64,000 nucleotides of DNA from Adineta vaga. Its lineage: Eukaryota; Animalia; Rotifera. Shown piece after piece: positions 1 to 17,810 of this stretch. Location: positions 12,896,001 to 12,960,000 of the forward strand of contig CP075495.1 of NCBI GenBank assembly GCA_021613535.1, written 5' to 3'. Position numbers and translations under genes: made by a program. The number at the start of each line of letters is the position of its first letter. Position 1 is the first letter of the stretch. The notes beneath the pieces are model-generated. The model did no database searches and had not been told where the DNA came from. It saw only the letters and a list, made by a program, of their open reading frames with translations.

Positions 1-3000
1 GAATAAAGCATAAGTTTATTTTCGAATTGAAATAATAGCCAAAGAAAGGTCTATTAATATATCGTAATCAAAGTGAATATTATTGATACATACCTAATGC
101 TTGAACTTTCTCATCTATGTTGGCAATTTTTGCACGAAGTTTCCGTTTTTCATTTTCATCGGTGACATTATTTTCACATTCATGAATCATTTCTTCTCGA
201 ATTTGACATTGTAAATCAAATTCATGTTGTAAACGAGATATCTAGAGATGACAAGTATTGTCAATACATTTTTGTATTTATTTTTTATTTGAAATTACTA
301 ACTTCGCTTTCTAGTCTTTGTTTTCGTTCATCAATTGTTAATTCAAGAAATAGTTCTGGTCCGAATTCTCGTGCTTTTGCATATAATGCTGTATCATCAA
401 CAGCTCTTTCATGAAGTAAATGCTCTAAACCTTTAATATCATTACTATCATCTGACAAATATTTCTAAATGAAAACAATTTATGAAATTTATTTGTTGAT
501 AAGATAAAGTCTATTGATTTTTTCTTACCGTGATGATATCACGTAAATCAGCTTCAGGAATATTTTCACTAGATACTAAAAATAACGAAGTTTATTTTTT
601 ACAGAATCAATAATGTTTCGTAAAAAACTTTACTTGAATCAAGTGGTGGACGATTTTTTTTAATGACATTGGTTTCTGTTGTCGCAGGCAATCGTTTCGA
701 TTTGAATTCCCTCAATCTACTATATGCTGATGAAGCAGCATTAGCCAATTTTGACGACGTATGAACTGGCGGATTTGTTACTGTTAGTTTTTTCATTGTA
801 GTAGGCGATGCACTACTTAATGATTCATCACTTTTCGATAGTTCGGATGTTGTTGAAAGACCTGGAGTTAAAGTTGCTATCGGTTGATTGAGATTTTTAT
901 TTCCAAATGCACCACGAAACGATCGACGTGCAGTAGAATCAATAGCAGAGAGAGCAGCTGCTGCTTTCGACGAAATACGATTTGCTGTTGTTGGTGGTGT
1001 AGCTACTGTTGGCGTTATTCGATTACTCGTGATATTTGGAATTGATACAAGTTCATAATTATTTTTTATTGGCATTGATTCAACATTATCTGTAACAGTG
1101 ATGTTAGGTGAATATGCTGTATTGGTATCACTGAATTCGATATTAACTAAATTTTTCAAATCATCATCCGAGGGTGTAGTGACCTGAATAGGTTTCAGAT
1201 GAATGGGTTCATGTGAACACACTGTTTCGACATTAATTCTCTCTTCACATTTTTTGTGAATACTTATTAAACAATCACGACATTGACGACCAGATTTCAT
1301 CCAAATCTTTTTATTACAATAACCACATAAAGTATTTAGAGTAAATGTTTTATCTTCGAATATATGATCAGTTGGTCTAAAGAGATAGAAAAATAAAATA
1401 AAATAAAATATCAAGAAAAGACTTTAGACGAGCATCATATTAAAGGTAACAATTTGAAATGATGCCAGTCTATTGAAATTCAACGAACTTACTTTCTTGG
1501 TGGTAATTCATGTTGTTCATTGATAACATTGATATATTTTAATTGATCTTGTTTTCTTTCATCTTCTTTCAATTTTGCACATACATCATTTAAAACTGGA
1601 CTATTAGCAAGAAATTGTTCTTTCTTCTCGTGTGGGTTTAATTTCGCTTCAATTTCTGGTCTATGTTTTATATTAATTGTAACAAAACCATTAGCCAAAT
1701 TTTCATCATAACCTTTATGTGTACTTAATTCCATTCGTTTTTTACTAAAATCGAAAGGGATAACATCGCTGTAAATGATCGATTCAGTAAATGATTAAGA
1801 TGTTAGTAGAGTGTTTTGAATTTTTTCATGCATATGAATTACTATGATATAATATGATTTTACCTTTCGGAATCTGTCAAAGAAGCATTTCTATAGAGAA
1901 GAAATTTGTCCATAGATGTCAATATTTAAAGGATCGTAGATTTAAAAAAGAAATCAATAAATAGTCGGATATCAACTTACAAATTAGGTTTTGGTGAATA
2001 AGCTGATCGAAAATTGAGTGTCATTTGAGTTTCACGTTTATAACTCATATGAGCATCAAGTACGATTTCTGATAAAGCAATAGTAGCCTAAATAAAATAA
2101 ATCCAATTGTATTGATGTAATTCAAACAATTGTTAACTTACATAACCGAGTAGAATAAGTTTTTTGCCTGCATGAGGAACATCACAATCAAGTGGTGGTT
2201 TACACCATAGACAAACATTAAGAAATTGTTCATTAGGTTTAACCTGAAATTCGAATCGATGTTTAAATTCGACGTACTAACAAAAATAAGCATAGAAAAT
2301 GATTTATTCTTGATTAATAATCAAAAAATAACAAACTGATTCAGCTTTTTGTGTTGGTGTTGGTTGAGCTTGAAATTCTTGTAAGATATCAGCATTCATC
2401 ATAATTAAAACAATATCATTGCCGGATGTTTTCTATAATAAATAAATTTGTAACAAAGAAAATTAGAAGATATATTAATCTACTGTGTGTTTCGTCTTTT
2501 TCGCTGAATTGATATCCAGTGACTTTGTAGAAGCATCGGTTGTAGTTGTACTTTGTAATTGTTCTTCATCACCTTCAGATTGTAGAGTTGATAAACTAAC
2601 TGAACTAGCTACTCTATCAGATTTGACTGAAAGAAAAGAATTTTAAATAGAAAGCAAATAATTTGAATTCATAAATAAAAACAAACAAACCTGCTGGTGG
2701 AACTGTTCGTTGTCTTACAGTGGATGATGTTGAAGATCCCGAATGATCACTATGTGTTGACAATGTTGGAGAAAGAGCACTCTATGAATAAATGAACCAA
2801 TTTATTAAAAAGAAACAAAGAAATGATATCTAAATGTTTACTGGTTTTTCTATTTCTGGTGTAGATAATAATTCAACGACACGTTGTACACGAACACTAT
2901 GTAATAGAGGCATACCAACAACAATATGTATTCTATCATCACTTGCACTTGATGCTGCTGGTGATGCTGCTGCTGCTGCTGCAGTTGTTGTTGTTGTCGT

Positions 3001-4375
3001 TCCATCATGAGATGGAATGGATGATTTGTATTTTAATAGACGATTGACTTGTTTGACGGTTGTCACATCTTGATCTTGCATTTTAAGTAAAAATATATTT
3101 TTATCTTCTAATGCTGCTTTAAATCGTAATTCATCTTCTATTCCTTGTGGTAATGGATCTAATTCTTCTATTAATAATTCTGTTCGATCCATATAATTCA
3201 CTTCTTTGACAACTAATTTATTTACATTACGTTTTAATTCAAGTTTTTTTCTTGGCCATTGTTCACGATCGATATGTAAATAATCTGCACACATTTGTTC
3301 ATTAACATTAATCGTTAAGAAAAGTGTCACTGATGATGCTTTTTGTTTATCAAAGATTGCCAATGGAATTGAAAGTCGGTCACAATATTTTATTAGAATA
3401 TCAAATGTACCCGGTATGATATTATTTCCATAGGCAGATAAAACTTCAGTTGGTACAGAAATTTTTGAACTAGAAAAAAATGGTTGACAACGAATTTTAT
3501 AACTTGGCCATGTTTGTTTACGTTTTATAGCACGACGTAGTTGTTGAGTTATAATTTGTGCTAATTGTGGACTTTCTCCTGAGGCAAAAATAGATTTAAC
3601 TTCGAAATCAATTAATGGTTCCTTTTGAAAAACACATAACCAATGACAGAATGGTTCACGACGAAATTCTAAACGTAATGTTCCTTGTATACGATTCACT
3701 TTAATAAATAATTGACATTTATGACCAAATAATAATGTTATATCAAGTGTAACTGAAAAACCATCTTTATAATCTGCATCAAGTTTCGCAACAAATCCCT
3801 AAATAAATTTCTTTCCATACATTAAATAGATATTCATTTGATTGTATTACCTTTATTAAATTACGTTCATCACGTTCTTGTCGTTCAAGTTGAATATCAC
3901 TAAACACAGGACATTCTTTTCCAATGGAAAAAGCTTGAATCTAAATATGAATCTTTAGAATTCGACTACAAGAAATTCAATTGAATAAATACATACAACA
4001 ATATTTTGAAGAAAGATTTTTCCTGTTCGACTGTTTTTCAACTCTTTAAATTCAGTGTTTAGTTTATGCATTAAATAACGTCTTAATCTTGAACTATCTT
4101 TTAATTCTTGAAATAAGAATTGAAAAAGATAATTAATCGCTTCGACAGCTGAATTCTTCTCTCGACCATTCTAAAAACAAGAATTTCAAAAATAATGTTT
4201 GACAATATATTCAACCTACTTCAGGCAATGGATTAAATGGTTCATATTGCTCTTCTTGTTGTTCATTAATAACTACTGGCGAATAGATTACATAGCGTGT
4301 ATATAAATATAGCAATAAAGCAATTGTCGATGCACATCCCAGTAGATAGCTGAGGATTATAATTAGTAAAAACAT
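1..4375 (-). CDS. PDZD8: PDZ domain-containing protein 8 (ER membrane-contact SMP lipid-transfer protein); multi-exon, 3' end uncertain or beyond the window edge
   Basis: ATG at 4375. N-terminal TM (MFLLIIILSYLLGCASTIALLLYLY); SMP domain (AINYLFQFLFQELKDSSRLRRYLMHKLNTEFKEL; IQGTLRLEFRREPFCHW...LRRAIKRKQTWPSYKIRCQPFF); split C2; C1 zinc finger (HIFEDKTF...CGYCNKKIWMKSGRQCRDCLISIHKKC); C-terminal coiled coil. The last clear exon ends at 94; a possible terminal exon lies at 50..16. Confidence 0.9.
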
Positions 4376-4906
4376 AATTGTAAATGAGCAGATCAAATCC
4401 TATAACTCATCTTCAAAGAACAGAAAAAAAACTATTTTGTTTTCAATTTCTCTTAAATTTTTTTCAAATTCCTGTTGTTTGTTTGTTTGTATTCAAAATT
4501 CTTTGTTTATACACACACACACTTCGAAAGCGTCATACAAAACTATACAAACACGTGGGTGAGAGAGTGAGAGAGAAGACAAGAAAAAAAGAAGAAGAAA
4601 AGAAAATGAAATAAAAGCGCACACAGTCGATCGTCATCCACCTTCAGGGTCGTTGTTCTTTCCCACTCTAAGCTACACACACGTATATAGAGAGACACCT
4701 AATAGCGCATTTTGTTTTTTATTTCTATACGGAAGAATCTTGCATCGATCATTTTAATATTGTAATAATATCTCTTACATAGTTTTTCGTTAGAATATAT
4801 ATGTATATATGAATATTCGAATGACAAACAATGGGTTACATCAGTAATAATCCTTATTTACAATGAAATACAAAAAAAACAAAGAAAATGAATGAGGGAA
4901 AAGAAC

Positions 4907-4931
4907 GAGAGAGAGAGAGAGAGAGAGAGAG
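4907..4931. repeat. (GA)n microsatellite
   Basis: About 12 GA units between PDZD8 and the DYRK1 3' end. Confidence 0.9.
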
Positions 4932-5295
4932 CTAAGAATCGTCGCGATGTTCTTCAATTTCTCATATATTCAACCGCTATAGATATGAATGCGCGCATGA
5001 AAAGAAAAAGAAAACCGAGAAAAGAGTTAATGAAAAACTGTTGTCTATCGTGAGAAATGAAGATCACTGCGAACTTAACGCAATAGAGAAAAAGAAAACC
5101 AACAGTATGACAATAAATTAAAAGATGAACAAAGAAAAGAACCAAAACAAAGTACAGTCGATCAACACAAGTCTTGTTGAAATAGAAGTTGTGTTGAATA
5201 TGTGAAGATTTTGTTTGTTTGCCTTTTTCTTTTCTCTTTGAACTCACACGAAAAAACAAAATGAACGAAATGTGTATGTATATAAATATGAACGA

Positions 5296-9329
<4,034 letters not shown>

Positions 9330-10666
9330 TTAGACGAACATTTCATTGTCATATCATACAACATATCCTAATAAAAATTAAAAATAAACGAATTTTTGAA
9401 ATAGCTTTTAATCAAATGAAAAAGTTTTTCTTACTAGAAATACATAGATGTTAATGGTTAGTCTTATATTTTGTTAAGTACAATAATAGAAAGAAATTCT
9501 TGATTATGAATAAGAAATTGAATGAGAATTTCACAAATTAAAATCGATTAATAACTGCACAAATATAGATTATTCAAATATATTCTATATATCGAATATG
9601 AATTTGTAGTGCAGATAATAGAATCGATTTGTGTGATGATCTGAAATAGATGAAATATTTCAATGTAAAATATTTATTTCATTGAAAAGTAAATCTTTGA
9701 TATTGACTCATTTATTTATTATCATTTATGTCTGAATCATAAGATTTTGAGATGAAAAAGAGAAAAAAAAGTACAAAAGAAACGAAAGAAATGGTGGTAA
9801 CAGCAACAAACAAAGAACTTCATTTTGACTGGATCATGTATTCACCTAATGATCGCCATTCAAGCAGATCATTTTATAGAGCCTCGTTGATGGTATACAT
9901 CAAAATTGAAAAAGAAATATTGGCCAGTTATTTAAATTGATATCGAAGATATTTATATAAACTAGAAATCGATATTCAATCAATTAATCATATATTAAAA
10001 TTGATGATAATAGAAATTTAACTTTATCGAATATTCGTAAAAAAGAGCAATGCAACAGCGACATCTGTAGAATTAGATTAAGATTGAGATTTAGAGCAAG
10101 TATCTATACATATATCATTTGAATCGTCATGAAACATGTTAAAGTTTCTTTCCGAAAAGAAATTTGAAAATTTAGAAGCGTAATTGAAGGCAATTATTGT
10201 TTATAATTCCATCATTTCTGTCATTAATCCACTCAAATATCTTCATGTCTTCTATGCAAAGAAAATATTCTTTCATGTAAATAAATTTTCAATATATATA
10301 TATATGTGTGTAGGAAGATATAGGCGATGTCGTTTCTATAGTCTACGCTTATTTCATGGAAATATCTTCACGTAAACTGTTATTTATTTATACCAGTATA
10401 GAATGGACTCACTTCAAAAGTCGAAAACTATTCGAATAACGAAGTTTCTGTAATGTTGTACTATCAATGAAAATAAAAGACGAAAAAGTTCATATTCAAT
10501 CGTAAATAACGTATCATACAAGACAGAAAAAAGAAGTGAGATAATCCTATGCAGATATAGATATGAAAAGAAAAACAAAGTAGAATCTTTGAAATATATG
10601 TACATTAGAAATTACTATTATCTTAGAGTAGTTGGTTAAACAAAAGAAAAAGAGTTTTCAGTATGA

Positions 10667-11747
10667 TTAATGATCTTTTAAATTTTCGTCGAGTAATGAT
10701 ATTGGAGCAGATAATGGTGTTGGATTAGTAATCGTTGTTGTCTTTTTTACTTGATTTGCAGCTGATAGCTAGTCAAAAAATAGAAAACTAAACATATGAA
10801 ATGAATAATTATAATGAATGCTATAAAATTATGACAATCTATGGCTATATCTATATAGTTTTTTTGAAAAAGTCTAATTAATAGTCATTTTATATAATAG
10901 AACGTTACGGATATATTCGAAGAATAAGATGAATACATTAGTAACCTGTCATTTAAATCGTAAAATTAGGTCAATAATTCTTCTTCAATCATTCGGAACA
11001 AACTTCAGTTAGTATTTGAACAAAGACGATGTTTATATGTTTAGTCATACATACTCGAGGAATTCTTCCACCACCAAATAGATTTGCATAAACAGCTGAT
11101 TGTTGATTAACTTGTTTTTTCTTTTCTTCTTGAATAACTGGATCAACTAAGTCAAGTAATGATGTTGTCATAAGTGTATTCTGTTGATTCATTTGTTCAT
11201 TTTGATTTGTTTCGGAGATTTTTTTTCTTTTAGTAACAATAGGAAAAGTTCGTGTACATGTTATTTCAATGATGTCTCCATCTAATTTATCAAGTTTTTC
11301 TTTATAATTTACGAATCGACCATTTGGCCATTGCTTAGTCGAATGTTTAAATTTAATTTTATAGAAGTCTGATGACAATGGATTTGTTGAATGATCTACG
11401 AAACTTTCAGCTAAATCATAATTGATCATTCGTTTTGGTAATGATAACGATGAATGCAAATAACGACCACGAGAACGTGCACCACCACGTCGTGCACGTT
11501 GTGGTGCTGGTTTAAACTAAAATAATATTCGTATTATTTCATAGAAAATAAGAAAACAAGAATAAAATACTGGTCGAGAAAGTTTTGTATTGTTACTAGC
11601 TGGTGTTGTAAAATGTTGCATTGATTCGCGCATTAGTTCATCGTTTGGTAAACGTGACTGATTATCGTGTGAATGAAGATTATGAGAAGATGGATGTAAA
11701 TTAGAATTTCTAATATCATGTTGTAATCGTTTTAAAGGATGAGACAT
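10667..11747 (-). CDS. Orphan protein with an RG-rich segment; 3 exons (11747-11571, 11516-11054, 10768-10667)
   Basis: Two ORFs join in frame through a short intron (KLSRP|FKPAPQRARRGGARSRGRYLHSS); terminal exon LSAANQVKK...NLKDH*. No family recognised. Confidence 0.65.
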
Positions 11748-12341
11748 CTAAGAAAATCAGTGAATTGAATATTTACTATCGATATCAGTCTTTTTGTAAA
11801 TAAAAAATGATTCGTTTTGTTTTCAATACAATAGGTTAAAAAGAGAAGAAAAGAAAACTTTATTACTTCGATTTTGTGGAGAACTATATAAACAAACGAA
11901 CGAACGAAAATTCATTCGATATACTATCTCTTGTCATCCATAGACATCTGCTGGAGGACATAAAGATATTTATGAGCAAAACATTGCAATGTTTAACTAT
12001 AAACTTCTAATATCGTATTTAAACAATATTTATCTATTAACAATAGACGAAATTTCCAGATGTTATTTATGAAAATTTCTTTCAATGACAATTTCTTATG
12101 CGTTGCTATTGATATCAAAAACTGATGTATATATATATAGTTGTCTTCTGATACATTATTACTAAAGACTATTATATTAGCACATATTTTTATGTTATGT
12201 ATCAAATATTAAACGAATAAGCAAAAAGAAAAATAGTTGATAAACACATTATTTTGAATTCTTTCCATCAAAAATACATATCTATATATATAAGCAAAAA
12301 CATCGTATCCATAGTTGAGATTGTTCGGATAACTCAGTACG

Positions 12342-12975
12342 ATGAATATGCTATTTGGTATTGTTTTTTGCCATTTATTATGGTTCGAAATAATTGTAAC
12401 AAAGAATACAGGTATGATGTATAATGTTCGATTCTGTGATAATTATTTATGAACTTTGTTGTATAGTGTATGAAATTGATCAACAAGAAGACAATGAATT
12501 GATTTTAACTAAACGTTTTTTTGAAAATAAAATTGAAAATCAAAGAGAATATGTTACAACAATTTCTAAAAGACGTCGATTAGCTCGTATGAAATTTGAA
12601 GAACATTGTGAACCTCAAGGTAAAATTCTCAATCGAATTTGTCCAACACTTGAACAATGTTTATCTACTCACGATCAAAGTAAATTCATTCAAAGAAAAA
12701 TACTCATTATTTTGTTGCTTTTCAATCTAGTATCACCGAGAGAGATTTTTCAAGAAATACAAGATGCCAATCAATTTCTTAAAAATACCAATATAAGGAA
12801 ACGATTTTTCCTATCATCCTTTTTCAATTCGAAAGATGATTATAATGAAAGATTCATTTCCGAACGTCGTCACAAAGGATTCGTGTTATATGAAGATTAC
12901 TGTGAATCCACTGATCGATTATCAAGATCATGTCCTGCACTCGATCGATGTCAATGTGGTGATTGTAATAATTGA
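12342..12975 (+). CDS. Secreted precursor with a signal peptide and two KR-flanked cysteine-containing repeats; 3 exons (12342-12411, 12467-12679, 12731-12975)
   Basis: MNMLFGIVFCHLLWFEIIVT signal-like N-terminus; GT-AG introns of 55 and 51 nt; two KR/FF sites, each followed by a C-E...CP.L..C motif. Confidence 0.7.
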
Positions 12976-13459
12976 TCAATCTATAAACTCGATCGAAAAC
13001 ATTTCAAATTTTATTTGCATAAAAAGATTTGTTTTGTATCACATCTACTACTAGAAATATTATTTTCCAATTTCAAACAATTGTTTCTTTCTACTTTCTA
13101 AAACTTCTTCCTCTTTTTTAAAGATTCATAACAAAACAAAACAAAAAATCAACCAAATTTTGTTATATCGTAAAATGAAACGATAACATATACTACAGAA
13201 ATCTTTTGAAAATATACACTTTACAAACGAGCAAAAAGAAAAACCAAACCATACCTTTTGTTATCTGTAGAATGAAACATGCATAGATAGATAAGAAATA
13301 ACCAGCTAACATAAAGAAAACAATGAAACATATATGAATTAACAACACAAATATATAGGGAAACAAAGAAAATGCTACAGATAGTTTTTCATTTGATATA
13401 AATGCATTTAAAAATTAATATGCAACAAGTGCTTTAATATGAATTGTCTATGGTTATAG

Positions 13460-16400
13460 TTAATTAAGGATACCGAATGCGGAAGATTCCGAAAATGATT
13501 CATTATATTCACTTAATGAATTTAATGCATCACGTGTTGCATAAAAGAGAATATTTTTCGCCTAAGAAATGAAAGAAATCTATGATTTAGTTTTGAATGT
13601 TTTTGACAATTCATACTTGTAAGATATCAGCATGATTTGTATGTGTTTTTGATAATGATCGAAATTCATTCGTTGTTATCAAACATCGATCCAGATTTTC
13701 TGGTGAAACAAAATCTTCAGCGATCTTTATGCATGAATGAAAATTTTTTACCTATAAAATAAAATGTAAATGAGATACTTTTAAAGCAAGGAAAGGTTTT
13801 TGTTTCTGAACGATTAGTTACTTGATGAGGTGCACCACTAGGAATAAAAATAGCATCACCAAGAAATTGTAGGATAGGATAGGGTTCAACTTGACTTTCA
13901 TATTTTAAATTATCTAAATCTTCTTTTTCTAAATAAGCTGTTTGATCATGTATTGAATCAAAGCCAGCTATTTTACGTCGAGTCTAATAGGAAAGAAGGA
14001 ATGAAACTTTTACAATTTTAAGTGAAAACAAAACACTGAAACCTACTCGACTGATATATTCACGAATTTTTTTAGCATCATCCGAACGAAATAAATGCCA
14101 AAGTGCTCCAGGACGTTCTCCATTTCTTAATCGTTGTAATTGAACTTCATCTATATTCGACTTAAGTATTTCTGTTTCAACCTCTATAAAAAAAAAGATG
14201 CATAATCACAAACATATGAAAACTATTCTCATTACGTCGTAGTTCTTTCTCTGTATCAGATCCATTTTCACCATGACCACCTATACCAACATAGACAAGA
14301 ACATTGACAGCATCAGATACATCAATATGAAGATTAGTAGTGCCTGCTTTTCTTGATGACTGATTGTTAAGTTGACCTAAAATAACGATATGTATAGTAG
14401 CATAAATAATCTGCGAATTTATAATAGTTACTGTAAGCAATATAAAGTTTTGGTCCGAGATCAGGTTTGACAAGACAAGCTGGTAAACGTTCAACAATAT
14501 TAAAAACACCACCATGATATGTAACATCATTGTATCTATATGATCGTCGAGTATAATCACCTAAATTGAATGAAAACAAAAAATGGAATTGAAAAAAAAG
14601 AAGAAGTGAATCTTATTTATTTACCAAATGGAATATTCGTCATTAGATCATGAAGACGTGTGGGAAAAACTGATGCAAAATCTTTTTTTGTTGGCCAATC
14701 TTTTAATTTAAGAATTCGTGATCGTCCACCATGTTCTTGATCTTTCAAGCGAACTATTAAAACATGTCTTATATTGTATTCTTTCATTCGAATAAATCAA
14801 TCTTACTATCTAAACGTTCAAATCCATCCCAAAATCGTGTTAAAATATCATCATCAGTTTGTATTGGTTCTAATGTTTCACAATCCCATAATGCAGGTGT
14901 ATCACGATGATCAATCATATGTACTTTGAATGCATTGGGCTGCCAAAGTGTTTTCGATAGATTATGATGAACTCGTTTAACAAGTACTGGACAACTCGCT
15001 GCCCATACACGTTGAAAAAACTATTTAAAGAAAAGAGATGATTCTATGTCTTTCTTTTTGTCTCGTCACATACACATTTAGCATTCGCACTATACCATTC
15101 ATTAAAAACAGGTAAACGACCATTACAATAAAACTCAATATTCGAATCATAATCACAATCGACAGCTGACCAAGTCTTTTGTATATCACGTATATCATAT
15201 AATCGTTTCATTTTTAAACTTTTAATAAATATTGAAAGATTTTCATTTCTAGATGAATGATAAAATTTGATGGAATAATCAATTCGTAATTTCGATAAAT
15301 AATCAATACAATTTGAACGTAATTTTGTTAAAACTAAATAGAAAGAAATTCGTAAGGTTTAGTTTTTAGAAATGAATCATTCTTTGATTTTCTTACTATT
15401 CCAAGGAATAAATTCAGATAAACAAAAGGAATCCTGATGAGTACACGTTCGTTTTAATTCTAAATACATATATTTTTTTTTTGAGATTTTACATTTATTT
15501 TTCTGTACTTTTTCGTTTATCCGGTGTCATTTGAGAAAATTCATTTAAACATTCAATACAAATCATATGTCCACATTGTTTACACATATAATGATAATTA
15601 AAAAGTGTTGTTAAACATTTATCACAAACTTCTCTCCAGCCAGGCACGCATTGTTTCCAAATGATTTGTTCTTTTCAATTAAAATAAAGAAAATCATGAA
15701 ATTATTTCAAATTTTTCGAATTTTACTTTCATTTTGCAATGTTCGTTGAGTTTCTTCGTATGAAAACATCAGACAAAATACTTTCGAAATTTGAATTAAA
15801 ATATAATTCGCATTGACGAAATTTATTGGCGGTTGTCCACCTATATTTAAAATTCAAACGAAATGAATTTATTCATTTTGTAAATAAATAATTGTTCGTA
15901 TTTACCGGAATTTGGTATAATTAAATATTCAATATCTTGAGATTTGGCTTTATCAGATGTAGTAAATCCATGGATTTCATAACGATCATCACCAAGATAT
16001 TGTAATCTAAACAGATTGTACAATACAACCGAAAGTTCTTCATCTGTTCTTTTTTCTTTTCTTCGCAAATGAAAGAAACAAAATAATATCGAGTTCTCAT
16101 TGTACCTATACAAACTTTTTGTTAATCAAAATTAAAATTAGCTAACTTCAATCTCGAGAAAAAGTAGCTTGTCAAATGTAGTGATCGGTTTGAAATATTT
16201 AGTATTAAGAAAAAAAAACAGTAAATGTATTTACGTTCGACAATATTGAAATCGACAACCTGCATGATGCATTGTCACATCTGATGAATCTATTGTTTGA
16301 CAATCAACGCATCGTTGAATATTTTCTGGATATGATATACAATAATGTCGTTGAATAACAATTGCTATAAAAAAAACAAATGTACATCGAATTATACGAA

Positions 16401-17810
16401 GCACAAAATATATTTTACTTGGTATTGATTTTTGATATCGACGCTTAATTAGAATTTGTTCAGAATGTGATGATTCAAGTGTTCGTTTATTATCATTTGA
16501 TACTGTTATTGAAAGATTGACTTCTTGTCGATCATTAGAAAATGAATTTTCTATTTGATGATTATTTGGTAAAATGTTTCCATTCGTATCCAAAGAAAGT
16601 AATGCTATGGGTTGAAATGATAAAGATTCGATATCATATTTTGTGTTCATGATTTTAAATCGTTGCTGTTGAGGACGTCGAGTATAAACTGGTGATCGAC
16701 ATGAGGATCGCGAAATATTTGAACTCCTAAAAAATATTTAAGAAAAAAAGATCGATATATATTCAGAGGTTTGGAATCCTACATGATCAATTTTATACGT
16801 ACTTGTTGAGATTATTTTCTGAGGATATTAATTGCGTATCGGATGAAAAAATAGAAGAATGTCTTGGTCGATATTGTGGACTTTTATTATTCGGATTTTC
16901 ATTTGTTTTGTTTTCCATTGTATCATTACGAGATGTTTGTATATCAAAGTGTGATAAGGTTTTCTTTGATTTTGCTGGAGATAATAATAATCGATGAAGA
17001 ATAGGAGATGAACGTGGTGGTTTTTGAATACTACTAAGACACTAAAATATATCAAAGAAGATGAATAATAGAGGCTAATAAAGTGTAAAAATAGTCTTGT
17101 ACTTGTTTATCTTCATTATTATTGTTTATTGAATTTAGATCAATCGAATCTACTGATATTATATCTGAAATTTGTTCGACTTTCGTGATAAAACCTACAA
17201 TCAGATTTGAAGGAAAAAAAAAGAAAGATAAATAAATTTTTTAATCATGTAATTTACTTGAAAGTTCATAATTAAATGTATTATCACTTTCATTGAGTTG
17301 TGATGTTGAGAGATCATACTCTTTATTTGAGATTATTTTTGATAAATCTTTCGATAAACATATATCGTTCGAAGAATTTTGTTGTACATTAGATTTAACA
17401 CTTGAATCTGACATCAATGTTGAAATATTCAAATTTTTATCACATGTTGCACTAATTTGTACTGTTGCCGTTGTTCGATAATTCGTTTCTGTTGAATTCG
17501 ATTTTAAAACAAACATTCCATTGGAATAACTAGAAGAATCAGATTGTGAATTCGAAGAATTATCTATGTATAACTCGGATGAAGGAACAATAGACTTCTG
17601 GAAAGATGTGTTTGAAGATGTAGGTGATTTTTCAAAGAATTGTTGACAAAAAGAATTGAAATTGCAAAGATCAATTAAATTAGAATTTTCCGGAAGAATA
17701 TTTATCTTATTTGATGTTGTTGATAAATTAAGAGTGTCAAGTTCGATTTCGAGAAATGTATTTGAATGCAAATAAGTTGGTGATTTATTTGATTTAATAT
17801 ATTGATTCAT
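13460..17810 (-). CDS. KDM3: Lysine demethylase 3 family (KDM3/JMJD1) JmjC H3K9 demethylase; multi-exon
   Basis: CRFQYCRTL motif; zinc finger [29 protein letters not shown]; LKLKDWP; [12 protein letters not shown]; [20 protein letters not shown] (HxD iron ligands); [23 protein letters not shown]; stop at 13462-13460. Confidence 0.93.

Noticed and set aside
4384-5259. Short ORFs 4384-4614 and 4954-5259
   Set aside because: They fall in promoter/UTR low-complexity sequence, with no domain or splice support.
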